This document shows positions 36,057-45,645 of a stretch of DNA of 64,000 bases, piece by piece (position 1 is the first letter of the stretch; each line of letters opens with the position of its first letter). A program made the translations under genes and the position numbers. The notes under the pieces were generated by a model. The model searched no databases and had not been told where the DNA came from. It was given only the letters and a program-made list of their open reading frames with translations. The stretch comes from Candidatus Thorarchaeota archaeon (lineage in GTDB: Archaea; Asgardarchaeota; Thorarchaeia; Thorarchaeales; Thorarchaeaceae): assembly GCA_046758445.1 (NCBI GenBank), contig JBHIAE010000013.1, positions 5,252 through 69,251 on the forward strand, read 5' to 3'.

Positions 36057-38705
36057 TCATCTTGTACTCTGGATGAACTGCCTCTGCTTCTTCTGCTGTT
36101 TCTCCCATTTCTTCCGTTCTGAGCGCAGCTGGAACAGGTCCACGTCCTTGAGAATCAGACTCTCTTTGGCCTTGGGTATGGTCCTCTCTGTTCGATCCTT
36201 CTCAGGAGAATGAGTGAATGAATCGCCAAACTCTGCAACGTTCGCAAAGAAGCAATAGGCATAGATCGACCTTCGAGCATCGAAATGAGCAGCGCGGAAA
36301 TCTGCCGTTACCGGGGTAAACGCTGGATTGAGAACAATGTCCACGGGGGGTTCAGAGTTCTTCAACTCCACTCTGAGGTCCATGTCGAGAAAGTCTCGAC
36401 AGATTGCTATCGCTATTCTTCCGAACTCTGTGTTGCATATGACTGTCTTTCGCGGGTAAACTTCAGTGTCTATTCCTTCATCGATTCTTTGACCCTCAAT
36501 GTGAATGGTTGCAGGGATATGCTTCTCCTGTTCCCATAGAACCCCGTCAGGACCTACAACTCTGCTGACGTTCTGTTTCGCCTTATGTTCGTGGTAGGAC
36601 CCTGGCACAATGTACATGCCGAACTGTTTGGCAAGATCTGTCACTTCTTTCTCTAGCTCACCATAGTTGAGGTCAATTGCCAGTTCCGGGAATAGCAGGA
36701 GGTCAACGCCTTCCGCATGGGCTCTTTCAATCATATCTCGAGTCTTCTTGCGAATTCCTTCAACCTGACCCTTCCGAGTCCTGAAGAGTCCTCTTTCCTT
36801 CTCCTCATACATCTCTCCAAGAATGTCGCCGCCTTGGGACAGTCCTATCTGGGCGATCCCTACTCTGAATCTGTCCCTCTCACTCTTCCCAGAGTCCGTA
36901 AGTAGGTCCAAGTGTGTCAGCCTGTATTCCTTTCTGGGTGCAGCCTCTCCTAGCGTCTTGCCATCTTGTTCTGCAAGGACAGAAACTGTCTTGCGAATCA
37001 TTCGTTCAAGGAAAGAGTCCAGCTGCGTTAGATCAATCATCTCCTTCGCCGAGGGTTGCTCCCGCAAGATACTCTCCCACTTCTTGAGTTGGGATTGGAG
37101 CAACTCTCGTTCCTCGGCAACAGCTTGGGCAAGCTTCTCAAGACCTTTCTCCTCAGCAATGACGTGCGCCTGCGCCAGAAGGATCCTCGCTTGGTCAACG
37201 TCAAATTCCACGAGTGCAAGCTTTGATTGCAGTATGTAGGACTCAACCAGAAGCGTGTGTGAGGACTGTTCCTTCGCAATATCTAGAAGCTTCTGTGTCA
37301 ATTTCTTCGTCTTCTCAAGAATCTCTTCTTCTCCTGTGAGCTTCAGTTCTAACAATAATAGGTCACAAAGATGAATCATGGCTGTAACAGTCAGAGAATG
37401 GTCAATAACATCCTCGGAAACCACGCGTTCTAGAATCTCCTCCGCCTTCACACGTTCCCGAGTCCTCTTGCTCTTCTTTAGAGAGAGTGCTTTGGCAACA
37501 CGGTACCGCAGGTCGATTATCCGATTGTCTACTCGCTCATTGATTTGTTCGAACCTCCGGAGATACTTGGCAGCTGATTCTCGATCATCAGAGTCCAGGG
37601 CAACCAGCACGATGTGGTACAGGGGTATGGCCGCATACGGATCATTCCCTGCCTCCTCATAGATTTCCAGACTCCGCTGATAATGCTGCATTGCCTGATC
37701 GAAGTCGTTCTTTCTCCAATGCACATACCCAATGTTGACAAGGGACAATGCGATCTCCTGTTTATTGCCCAGCTCTTCTCTTGTCGCCAGACTTCGTTTG
37801 TGATACTCAAGTGCCTGGTCGAGGTCGCCCTTCCTCTGATAGGCACTACCCAGGTTGTTTAGGGCAAGAGCAATCATGTGGTCAATGCCCAGCTCCTCGT
37901 AGGTTTTCAAGCTACGATGGTAGTGCTCCAACGCCTGATTCAGATTGCCTCCTGTTTGGTAAAGACTGCCGACGTTGAGGAGTGACATAGCAATTCCCTG
38001 TTTGTTCCCCAGCTCCTCCCGGATTCTCAAGCTTCGTCCGTGATACTCTAGTGCTCGACTTACGTCTCCTCTCAGTGCGTATACATTGCCCAGATTGTTG
38101 AATGACGAGGCGATGTCTGTCCTACTGCCAAGGTCCTCTCTGATTCTCAGACTCCGGTTGTGGTAATCTGCTGCAGTATCATAATCACCCTTGGACTGAT
38201 AGACGAGAGCCAAATTGTTGAGCGAATCAGCGATGCCTCTCCTATTTCCTAGCTCTTCTCTAATTTCCAAGCTGCGCTGGTGGAACTCAAGGGCCTTCTC
38301 TAGACTGCCCTTATACCAATGAATGATGCCTGATTGAAGTAGAAGGTCGCCTTCTCTCCTCCTGAGTTCTCGTTCATCGATCTTCAGGGGTTCCTTTTGA
38401 ATCTCTTCAAGTAGCCGTCGTGATTCTTCCACGGCCGCAAGTCCAGCGTCCATTCTCCCAGAGGACCAAGAGACCTCGGCCTTCCTCGTCAGGGCATCGA
38501 TGAGCAATGCAGGATCTTCCATTTGGCGAGCGTCTTGGAGAGCTTCTTCTATCAGCGATTGTGCTCTCTCCAATTCTCCAATTCTGACCCTCAAACCGGT
38601 TTCAAGAAGCATGCAAGTGAGTTTCGCCTCACTGGACAGCCCCTTTCTCGCTGCTAGAGCATTCACAACTTTGAGCGCCTCTTTGTATTCCCCCTTGTCC
38701 AGCAT
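36057..38705 (-). CDS. TPR-repeat protein fused to C-terminal carbon-nitrogen hydrolase (nitrilase-superfamily) domain
   Basis: ~12 TPR-like repeats (AL.YHGRSLRIREELGN...) N-terminal; C-terminal LLLFPELAID... and AIAICRDFLD (E-K-C catalytic triad context of CN hydrolases). Confidence 0.6.
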   Translation of the reverse strand: MLDKGEYKEALKVVNALAARKGLSSEAKLTCMLLETGLRVRIGELERAQSLIEEALQDARQMEDPALLIDALTRKAEVSWSSGRMDAGLAAVEESRRLLEEIQKEPLKIDERELRRREGDLLLQSGIIHWYKGSLEKALEFHQRSLEIREELGNRRGIADSLNNLALVYQSKGDYDTAADYHNRSLRIREDLGSRTDIASSFNNLGNVYALRGDVSRALEYHGRSLRIREELGNKQGIAMSLLNVGSLYQTGGNLNQALEHYHRSLKTYEELGIDHMIALALNNLGSAYQRKGDLDQALEYHKRSLATREELGNKQEIALSLVNIGYVHWRKNDFDQAMQHYQRSLEIYEEAGNDPYAAIPLYHIVLVALDSDDRESAAKYLRRFEQINERVDNRIIDLRYRVAKALSLKKSKRTRERVKAEEILERVVSEDVIDHSLTVTAMIHLCDLLLLELKLTGEEEILEKTKKLTQKLLDIAKEQSSHTLLVESYILQSKLALVEFDVDQARILLAQAHVIAEEKGLEKLAQAVAEERELLQSQLKKWESILREQPSAKEMIDLTQLDSFLERMIRKTVSVLAEQDGKTLGEAAPRKEYRLTHLDLLTDSGKSERDRFRVGIAQIGLSQGGDILGEMYEEKERGLFRTRKGQVEGIRKKTRDMIERAHAEGVDLLLFPELAIDLNYGELEKEVTDLAKQFGMYIVPGSYHEHKAKQNVSRVVGPDGVLWEQEKHIPATIHIEGQRIDEGIDTEVYPRKTVICNTEFGRIAIAICRDFLDMDLRVELKNSEPPVDIVLNPAFTPVTADFRAAHFDARRSIYAYCFFANVAEFGDSFTHSPEKDRTERTIPKAKESLILKDVDLFQLRSERKKWEKQQKKQRQFIQSTR

Positions 38706-38963
38706 TAGTTCTACGCGGGACAGTTCTTCACGGGGTAAGTGTCAAGGCGTTTCTCTTCCTGAACCGTTCTGAATTTGATTGAGGCTCTGGTAGGACAGTT
38801 GTGATTCGGTTTCTGCCCACCAGACCACGACGGGAATACGCTCTGTATCAACAGGACTCCTCCGTCTAAAAGCATTTCCAGAAGGACGGTGAATAGAGGA
38901 TTTCCCAGAGTCCGCAGCGATGAAGTTATAAGGAATTAACAATGGTTATTTCACAATGGTGAG

Positions 38964-39218
38964 GTGAACGCCTCCATGACAAGTGTTGAACCAGTGAAGA
39001 CCCTTGATTGTTTGGGACTCTATTGCCCTCAACCGCTATTCCAAGCCAGAGAAGCAATAGACAGCATAGGACCAGGCGAGGTACTGGAGATGCTCGCCGA
39101 TGACCCAGCTGCTGAAGAGGACATCAAACGATTCTGTAAACGGACTGGTCATGAGCTACTTAGCTTTGAACGATTGGAGGATGGCACCCAGAGATTCTTG
39201 ATTAGAAGGAAGGAGTGA
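38964..39218 (+). CDS. tusA: TusA-like sulfur carrier protein
   Basis: LDCLGLYCPQP (CPxP active-site motif); 84 aa. Confidence 0.7.
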   Translation: MNASMTSVEPVKTLDCLGLYCPQPLFQAREAIDSIGPGEVLEMLADDPAAEEDIKRFCKRTGHELLSFERLEDGTQRFLIRRKE

Positions 39219-39225
39219 GTCATCA

Positions 39226-39579
39226 TTGAGTAGTATACTATACGTTCAGACAAGTGACGACCCAGAACGTCAATACTCACCTCTAGTCCTAGCCCAAAGC
39301 GCGAAGGCGATGGACATCAAGGCTGAGATCTACTATCTCGGTCAGGGTCTTAGGATACTCCAGCCCGGAGCAGCCGAAAAGATCCAAGTTGGTGACTTTC
39401 CGAGTGTCGCTGAGATGCTTCAGAAGGCAATGGACATGGGCATTAAGGTATACGTCTGCGAGGCTTCAAAGCAGATGCTTGGATGGGAAGAGGTCGAGCT
39501 TGTTGAAGGATGTGACATCGTTGGAGCGGCAACGCTCAACGATTTGGTCCTAGAGGCAGATGCGACAATGTGGTTCTAG
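39226..39579 (+). CDS. DsrE/DsrF-like sulfur-relay family protein
   Basis: 117 aa, DsrE-like fold signature (conserved Cys in VYVCEAS), immediately between tusA and iscS. Confidence 0.55.
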   Translation: MSSILYVQTSDDPERQYSPLVLAQSAKAMDIKAEIYYLGQGLRILQPGAAEKIQVGDFPSVAEMLQKAMDMGIKVYVCEASKQMLGWEEVELVEGCDIVGAATLNDLVLEADATMWF

Positions 39580-39589
39580 GTGAGTACTG

Positions 39590-40768
39590 GTGGCCGAAGT
39601 CAGGGAGGTGTACCTCGACTATCAGAGCTCGAAGCCTGTCGACCCGCGCGTCATAGAGGGAATGATGCCATACTTCCATGAGCGCTTCGGCAATGCTTCA
39701 GCACTTCACCACGTGGGGGACGTGGCCACTGAGGCACTCGAAGAGAGCCGCCGTGTCATAGCCGAGTTCATAAACGCAGATGCAGACGAGATTGTCTTCA
39801 CCTCTGGGGCAACTGAGGCGAACAATCTAGCCCTTATTGGATACGCCATGCGACAGAAGCGCAAGGGCAATCACATCATAATCTCAGAGATCGAGCACAT
39901 CTCTATTCGTAACATTGCCAAGTATCTTGAGCGAGAAGGGTTTGAAGTCACGCGAGTTCCGGTGGACAAGTATGGACGTGTCGACCCTCGGAAGTTGGAA
40001 CGGCGAATAAGAAACGAAACTATCCTGGTTTCAGTAGGCTATGCCAACAATGAGATTGGCACGATTCAGCCCGTCGCAGAGACAGGGAAGTTGGCGGAAG
40101 AGCATGGGATTGGTTTTCATACCGATGCTGTGGCCGCAGAGGGTCTCATTCCCATTGATGTCAAGCGTGACAAGATTCACCTGATGTCTCTATCGTCAAA
40201 CGACTTCTATGGACCCAGAGGAGTTGGAGCTCTCTACATGAAGAAGCGTTATAGAGTAAATCCAATCCTGATTGGTGGAGGTCAGGAGAGGGGCCTAAGG
40301 TCTGGGACAGAAGATATAGCAGGCATCGTTGGCATGAAACTGGCTACAGAGATAATGAAGAAAGAGATGCCTAAGGAAGTAAAGCGACTCCAAGGGTATC
40401 GCGACAGACTAATCAAGACAATCCTGGAGGAGATTCCTGATAGCCACCTCAATGGTCATCCCACCGAGAGACTGGCAAGCAACGCGCACTTCAGATTCGA
40501 TGGCGTCGAGGGCGAAGCGCTCATGCTGTCCTTCAAAGACAAAGGAATCTCAGTTTCTACGGGCTCTGCATGCACATCCAAGACTCTAGAACCGTCACAC
40601 ACTCTGATTGCTACTGGGCTCATTCACGAGGAGGCCCATGGGTCACTTCAGTTGACACCTGGAAGATTCAATATAGATGAGGACATTGACCGCGCCCTCG
40701 AGGTAGTACCAGAAGTGGTGTCACGGATTCGAAAACTGTCTCCAATCTACAAACCAAAGGCAAGTTGA
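39590..40768 (+). CDS. iscS: Cysteine desulfurase (IscS/NifS family), GTG start
   Basis: 392 aa; class-V aminotransferase motifs, PLP-lysine region (SLSSNDFYGPRGVGALY), active-site loop STGSACTS. Confidence 0.85.
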   Translation: MAEVREVYLDYQSSKPVDPRVIEGMMPYFHERFGNASALHHVGDVATEALEESRRVIAEFINADADEIVFTSGATEANNLALIGYAMRQKRKGNHIIISEIEHISIRNIAKYLEREGFEVTRVPVDKYGRVDPRKLERRIRNETILVSVGYANNEIGTIQPVAETGKLAEEHGIGFHTDAVAAEGLIPIDVKRDKIHLMSLSSNDFYGPRGVGALYMKKRYRVNPILIGGGQERGLRSGTEDIAGIVGMKLATEIMKKEMPKEVKRLQGYRDRLIKTILEEIPDSHLNGHPTERLASNAHFRFDGVEGEALMLSFKDKGISVSTGSACTSKTLEPSHTLIATGLIHEEAHGSLQLTPGRFNIDEDIDRALEVVPEVVSRIRKLSPIYKPKAS

Positions 40769-40781
40769 TTCTCCTCACGAC

Positions 40782-42380
40782 TTAATCTGTTCCACGGAGG
40801 ACTTCTTTGGGCATGGGTATCCCACGTTGTCTTGACAGAATAGAAAGAGTCAGCTGGGCGGCAGGACCAAGCTTTGAATACTCTATCATTAGCCGCTCAA
40901 GGGCATCAATCTTAGGTCGCCCCCTCCATTCAGGAGGATAGTCGTCCGCAAGAGGAATCCCAGAGGCTGTGCAAATCCTAGCCATGGTTTCTGGACCATG
41001 GATTGACTGTCCCCTGACTATGAGAGTATAGCCCAATTCCTCCAATGGAGTTGGACCAGTAAGCTTCAACGGACTGCTCCATATCGCATCAACTCGCGGC
41101 CATTTCTCGGCACTCAACAGTTCCAACCAGTAAGAGAACTCTTCGAATCCCCTCAGGTCATATGCATTGTAGCGGCCTATAATCCTCAAGGAGTAGGCCC
41201 TTGTCAGTCTCGTGACGAACGAATCCAACCTTTCTCGACCAAGAGCAGCTACAAACTGGGCCAGAATCCTCATCCATTCACCGAACAGAAGATTGAGTCT
41301 ACCAACATCTAGATCTTCAAGCAACTTGAGGTCAAAATCAACAGCCCACCTACCATCTTTCAAACGCAATTGTCCTAGCGTTTCAGGAGTGTCGCTGCTA
41401 TTCATCACCGACCTTAGCGCGTTTGTTACCTCATTCACATGGAAAGTTTCCTCGGCCTCACGAAGTGCTATGTCAAGTGCCTCCTTGACCAGAAGGATGC
41501 GCCTTTTCTCAGGAGAGAGTGCCTCAATGACATCTGCCTCAAGGAGGTAGTCCATTACTCTCAATAGCTCTGTTTCGTCATATTGCCGTCCGAGTTCAGC
41601 GAGTATCTCTCTGACAGTCTGACGTCCGTCTATGAGTCCAGCCAGACGCGGGATGACTCCAACCATCTCCGGGTGTAGACTTCGAAGATCTCTTGTTTCA
41701 CTTGAGGTTGACTGTGCATATCTCAAGAATCGAGTCCTTGCGCTCATGAAATCATTGAAGTCAAGCATGTTGCGAAACCGGATGACCCGGTGCGCCCAAA
41801 GCTTGGACATCTCAAGTTTGGTCTCTCTCTCAGACAGCCCAGAGAGTTCCCGTATCTCCTTCACGCTTCTGGATCCGTCGATGAATTGCGCTATCGTACT
41901 TCCAGTTATCGCACCGTCATCAGGTTTGACTGCAAAGTATGGCACCCATGAGTCCTGAAGAACCTCGAGAGAGAGCTTGCTCAGAACACTCTCCCCGAAT
42001 GACTCCATGTATACCTCTACAAATGACGCGTGATATGCAAAGGGGTCGATCACTTCGAGCCATTCAAACTCAAACTCCACCAGCAATGAATCAAGCACCT
42101 GTATGGTCTCCTGACTCAGGCGGTGAGCACCAACGGCTATCAGATTCGTAGTCACCCCATTGAACACTGTAAAGAGGCGGTCCCCGTAGTTGACCTGAAA
42201 CACTCGTTCACTTTGCTGAAAGACCTCTCTTGAGAACATATCGATGGCAGCGAAGAAGCTTGACGCGAGGACCGGGTCCATATCGAATGCCAATGGATCG
42301 AGCTGCATGAAGAACTTGGGAATGCCACTCTTGTCCGCAATCAGTATCGCTTCTATGGCATGTCCTGTCACACGGTCCAC
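40782..42380 (-). CDS. Hypothetical protein with Roadblock/LC7-like N-terminal domain and two winged-helix-like segments
   Basis: N-term HAIEAILIADKSGIPKFF...FFAAIDMF resembles Roadblock/MglB; two ...VKEIRELSGLSERE... / ...VREILAELG... HTH-like segments; 532 aa; low confidence. Confidence 0.35.
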   Translation of the reverse strand: MDRVTGHAIEAILIADKSGIPKFFMQLDPLAFDMDPVLASSFFAAIDMFSREVFQQSERVFQVNYGDRLFTVFNGVTTNLIAVGAHRLSQETIQVLDSLLVEFEFEWLEVIDPFAYHASFVEVYMESFGESVLSKLSLEVLQDSWVPYFAVKPDDGAITGSTIAQFIDGSRSVKEIRELSGLSERETKLEMSKLWAHRVIRFRNMLDFNDFMSARTRFLRYAQSTSSETRDLRSLHPEMVGVIPRLAGLIDGRQTVREILAELGRQYDETELLRVMDYLLEADVIEALSPEKRRILLVKEALDIALREAEETFHVNEVTNALRSVMNSSDTPETLGQLRLKDGRWAVDFDLKLLEDLDVGRLNLLFGEWMRILAQFVAALGRERLDSFVTRLTRAYSLRIIGRYNAYDLRGFEEFSYWLELLSAEKWPRVDAIWSSPLKLTGPTPLEELGYTLIVRGQSIHGPETMARICTASGIPLADDYPPEWRGRPKIDALERLMIEYSKLGPAAQLTLSILSRQRGIPMPKEVLRGTD

Positions 42381-42538
42381 CCAATAGCTATCAAGGGGCT
42401 TGAGTGAATATTAGCCTTGTTTGGAGAGAGGGGTATCGATTCTCAACCTGATAGAGGAGTGGTTGCTGGTGGCCGAAAGAAGAAGGGGCTCCGTCGTGCC
42501 GAGGAAGGGCTCTAAATGTTCGAAAAGATAGATATTCA

Positions 42539-43024
42539 TTGACACGATATGATTTGATTGACTCGCTCTTGAGAAGATTCACGTTAGGACGCAGGCATCT
42601 GATTGTAGTCATATTTCCAATTGTTATTGTCGTTATCGTTGCCTTTGCGCTTCATCCTTTGTATCTTGGAATAGGATTTGTAGCAGACACTGGTGGCTTC
42701 TGCTTTGTGAGTACACCATATGGACCAAATGATAATGTAACATACACAGTTGATTTTCATGAGGTAAAGTTCAAGTTTCTCTATTGGTATACTCCACCAC
42801 ACGCGTTTGACATTGGTTACACTGTGTATTTCAACATCAGATTCGAAGACGGAACTACAGAAACGTTGACAGTTGCGACAGGATCATGGTGGTATACTCA
42901 TGGAGGGCTCAAGCGGCCATTGTCAGGAACTGCTACTGAACACACATCTCCAACAGAAGGCATCCTTGTGGGTGACTACTTGGATAGTCCTCCAAGATGG
43001 CAGTTCACAGTTAGCTTCACTTAG
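42539..43024 (+). CDS. Small secreted/membrane-anchored hypothetical protein
   Basis: N-terminal hydrophobic segment HLIVVIFPIVIVVIVAFAL, beta-rich remainder. Confidence 0.3.
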   Translation: MTRYDLIDSLLRRFTLGRRHLIVVIFPIVIVVIVAFALHPLYLGIGFVADTGGFCFVSTPYGPNDNVTYTVDFHEVKFKFLYWYTPPHAFDIGYTVYFNIRFEDGTTETLTVATGSWWYTHGGLKRPLSGTATEHTSPTEGILVGDYLDSPPRWQFTVSFT

Positions 43025-43351
43025 TGTGGATGTTTCTTGTCTGGCTTGTGCCACTTGGCTCCTTCATCGGCTACATCGACGCCTTCTTCCGTCCCAAGGG
43101 GAACGACTCGACCTTTGAGGGGACTGCAGACGATGAGGATTTAGACCTAACTGCATCTAGACCAAGGAGGGACTATGTCCATCAGAACACCTTGGTAGCC
43201 TTCATGGATGAAACAGAGAGTCAGGCCCCTCCAGTCCTCTGAGCGGAGCGTCATGGGGGAGCGGCGGGGACGAACTCGATTGGCAACGCATAGCTCAGCA
43301 TTCATGTGGCAGAATTCGTAAGCTTTATACGCAATTAACAATAGTGCATTC

Positions 43352-44146
43352 GTGTGGGAAACGTTATTGAAATCTACACAATACAGCGAAAAAACACTCG
43401 ACCACTTTAGGAACCCGCGCAATGTTGGTGTTCTCGAGGGAGATGATGTAGCAAGTGGTCGCGTGGGGAATCCCGTATGTGGGGATCTTATGGAATTCTT
43501 CATCAAAGTAGAGGATGAGAGAATTGTTGACGCCAAGTTCAGGACGTTCGGATGTGGTTCAGCTATTGCCACAAGCAGTATGACTACTGAGTTGGTGATT
43601 GGCATGACTCTAGACGAGGCAATGGAGGTCACGAGAGAGGACGTTGCCTCGGAGCTAGACGGTTTGCCACCGATTAAGATGCACTGCTCAAACCTTGCTG
43701 CTGATGCACTCCACGAGGCTATCAAGACATACAGAGCAAGGCAGAATCCTGATGATGTGATAGAGCCGGAAACCGAGTATACACAGCCTACATGCATAAT
43801 TGGACAAGACAAGTTGATGGACAAGGGAGTCTTTCTCGACGTGAATGACTTGGAGGACTTTGCCGACCTTCGTGTATTGGTTGTTCATACTGGCGATGAG
43901 TCAGTAGAGTCAGCTCTAGAACTGACCTCGCAGACGGATCGTGTAGTCCTTCTCACTCCCGAGAAGGAGGTAGTTACAACAGATGAGCTCAGAGAGGAGC
44001 TCGACAGGTCAAGTGTCAAGATTATCTTCGAGTCTAGACTCTTGGAAATCCGCGGAGAGTTTGAGGTAGAGAAGGTTCTGATTCACAATCTGGATGAAGA
44101 CGAGGAATACGAGTTGTTTGTGGACGCCGTCGTGATTATTGAGTGA
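43352..44146 (+). CDS. IscU/NifU-like Fe-S scaffold domain fused to ~130-aa C-terminal domain of unknown function
   Basis: YSEKTLDHFRNPRNVG; GNPVCGD; FGCGSAIATSS; MHCSNLAADAL - three conserved IscU Cys; IscU normally ends ~res 130, here acidic extension to 264 aa. Confidence 0.65.
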   Translation: MWETLLKSTQYSEKTLDHFRNPRNVGVLEGDDVASGRVGNPVCGDLMEFFIKVEDERIVDAKFRTFGCGSAIATSSMTTELVIGMTLDEAMEVTREDVASELDGLPPIKMHCSNLAADALHEAIKTYRARQNPDDVIEPETEYTQPTCIIGQDKLMDKGVFLDVNDLEDFADLRVLVVHTGDESVESALELTSQTDRVVLLTPEKEVVTTDELREELDRSSVKIIFESRLLEIRGEFEVEKVLIHNLDEDEEYELFVDAVVIIE

Positions 44147-44308
44147 CTTCTTGACAACCAGCAATGTTGTCCCAATGTATTAAGTGCCGACAAGGAGTAG
44201 TTTGTCTGGGCATCTGGGTTGACGGAGAACCAAGAGAAGACCATAAGGCAATGGCTGGCGCGGCTCGCAATTCTCCTAGTGGCCCCGCTCATGCCGTACT
44301 GAGTCTGG

Positions 44309-45097
44309 ATGAAAAAGGGGGTTGTGTTCAAAGTCACCTCACTCTTCTGGGAGTACGATCAACTATCTGAGGGATGGTTAATACGCCAGAATCCTACCTT
44401 GCTCTTCGGAATGGTCCTTTTGTGGCTGCCAGGCATTGTGTTCTCATATATGCTGGACACGCTTCCTCAAGACAAGTCGCCGATATCCATTGGGCTGATA
44501 CTCACTGCGGTCACAATCGTAGCAGCGGTGCCTTTCAGGCTCCCAGGACCACCTGTCACTGCTCTGGTAATGTTGTCCTATTCCATATTACTCGTCTTCG
44601 GTATGATTATCGTTCCCATGACAAGAAGAGAGTTGTCTATACGTTCAGATAGTCTGACAGATGGATGGCCATCCACTCTGCACCGTGGAGCCTTTGTCGT
44701 TTGGCTCTTGGCTCTACTATCTCCATATAACATCCAGTTTTTCGGAGGCCCGAACTCATTCTTTCTACATGCATGGCCCTACCAAGTGGGCCTTACCTAT
44801 GACCTTGGAGGATTCAGTGCGTCCATCTGGCTATTCCCCTTCATCACAGCGACGATGGGCCTATTCTTTCCTCCTCTCCTTCTCATTCCCCTACTCAACA
44901 TTGCGTTTTCCTACTATGTTACGCAGTACTGTTTGGATCATAGAGAGTCCTCAAGGAGTAGGGCCATACTGCTAGCATTCCTTGCCATACCTGCAAATCT
45001 GCTCCCCCTCCTAGGAACTTGGGCCATGGAGTTGTATGTACCGTTTCCGCTCGTGCAGGCAGTCGGACTGCTTCTCATGAAACGCTGTGGTGAATGA
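44309..45097 (+). CDS. Polytopic membrane protein
   Basis: 6-7 hydrophobic helices. Confidence 0.4.
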   Translation: MKKGVVFKVTSLFWEYDQLSEGWLIRQNPTLLFGMVLLWLPGIVFSYMLDTLPQDKSPISIGLILTAVTIVAAVPFRLPGPPVTALVMLSYSILLVFGMIIVPMTRRELSIRSDSLTDGWPSTLHRGAFVVWLLALLSPYNIQFFGGPNSFFLHAWPYQVGLTYDLGGFSASIWLFPFITATMGLFFPPLLLIPLLNIAFSYYVTQYCLDHRESSRSRAILLAFLAIPANLLPLLGTWAMELYVPFPLVQAVGLLLMKRCGE

Positions 45098-45175
45098 CTG
45101 GCAATATAGTCACAGAAGTGGAATCTTGCCCCGGTATCCGGTAAATACAATTGACTGGTCTGTTTCGAGAGTAGC

Positions 45176-45634
45176 ATGCGGACTGTGAGAGGAGCTGTAG
45201 ACTCTGACAGAGAATTGCTTGTGAAACTGTTTGTGTCTGAGGTCGAAGACGATGCCAAACTGGCTGAACAGTTCGCTGACGACCTGTTACGATTCCGAAC
45301 CATTCTCTGTCTTGAGAACCAAGAGGTAATTGGCACTGTTAGCTGGGACATCAGGGGAAACCTTGATGATGGAGTTGTAGAGCTGATTGGACTCGGAGTG
45401 AATCCCAAGTTTCGAAGACAGGGAATAGCCAGGAAACTTGTGGAAACACTGATTCAAGATGTGTCAGAGTACTACTCCAAGAGTAAACACCACCTTCGAG
45501 TGATCTATCTCTTCATGGAGAAGCAGAATGATCTCGGGCGCTCCTTCTACAATACCATGGGTTTCAAAGAGGTTGCAGAGGTTCCTTTATTATACCCGCA
45601 TGATGACGCTAGTATTTGGACACTGCACCTATGA
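45176..45634 (+). CDS. GNAT N-acetyltransferase
   Basis: ...LIGLGVNPKFRRQGIARKLV... acetyl-CoA-binding motif. Confidence 0.6.
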   Translation: MRTVRGAVDSDRELLVKLFVSEVEDDAKLAEQFADDLLRFRTILCLENQEVIGTVSWDIRGNLDDGVVELIGLGVNPKFRRQGIARKLVETLIQDVSEYYSKSKHHLRVIYLFMEKQNDLGRSFYNTMGFKEVAEVPLLYPHDDASIWTLHL

Positions 45635-45645
45635 GGTAGCTGGCC

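Noticed and set aside
36285-38772. Plus-strand ORFs (36285-36539, 36823-37239, 37378-37662, 37614-37862, 38500-38772) within the TPR-nitrilase gene
   Set aside because: Antisense to a long ORF with strong TPR periodicity. Cys/Ser/Arg-rich mirror translations.
41212-42151. Plus-strand ORFs (112, 108, 70 aa) inside the 40782-42380 minus-strand gene
   Set aside because: Arg/Ser-rich antisense translations of a longer ORF.
43147-43824. 225-aa minus-strand ORF overlapping the IscU-like gene
   Set aside because: The IscU motifs on the plus strand are unambiguous. The antisense ORF has no motifs.
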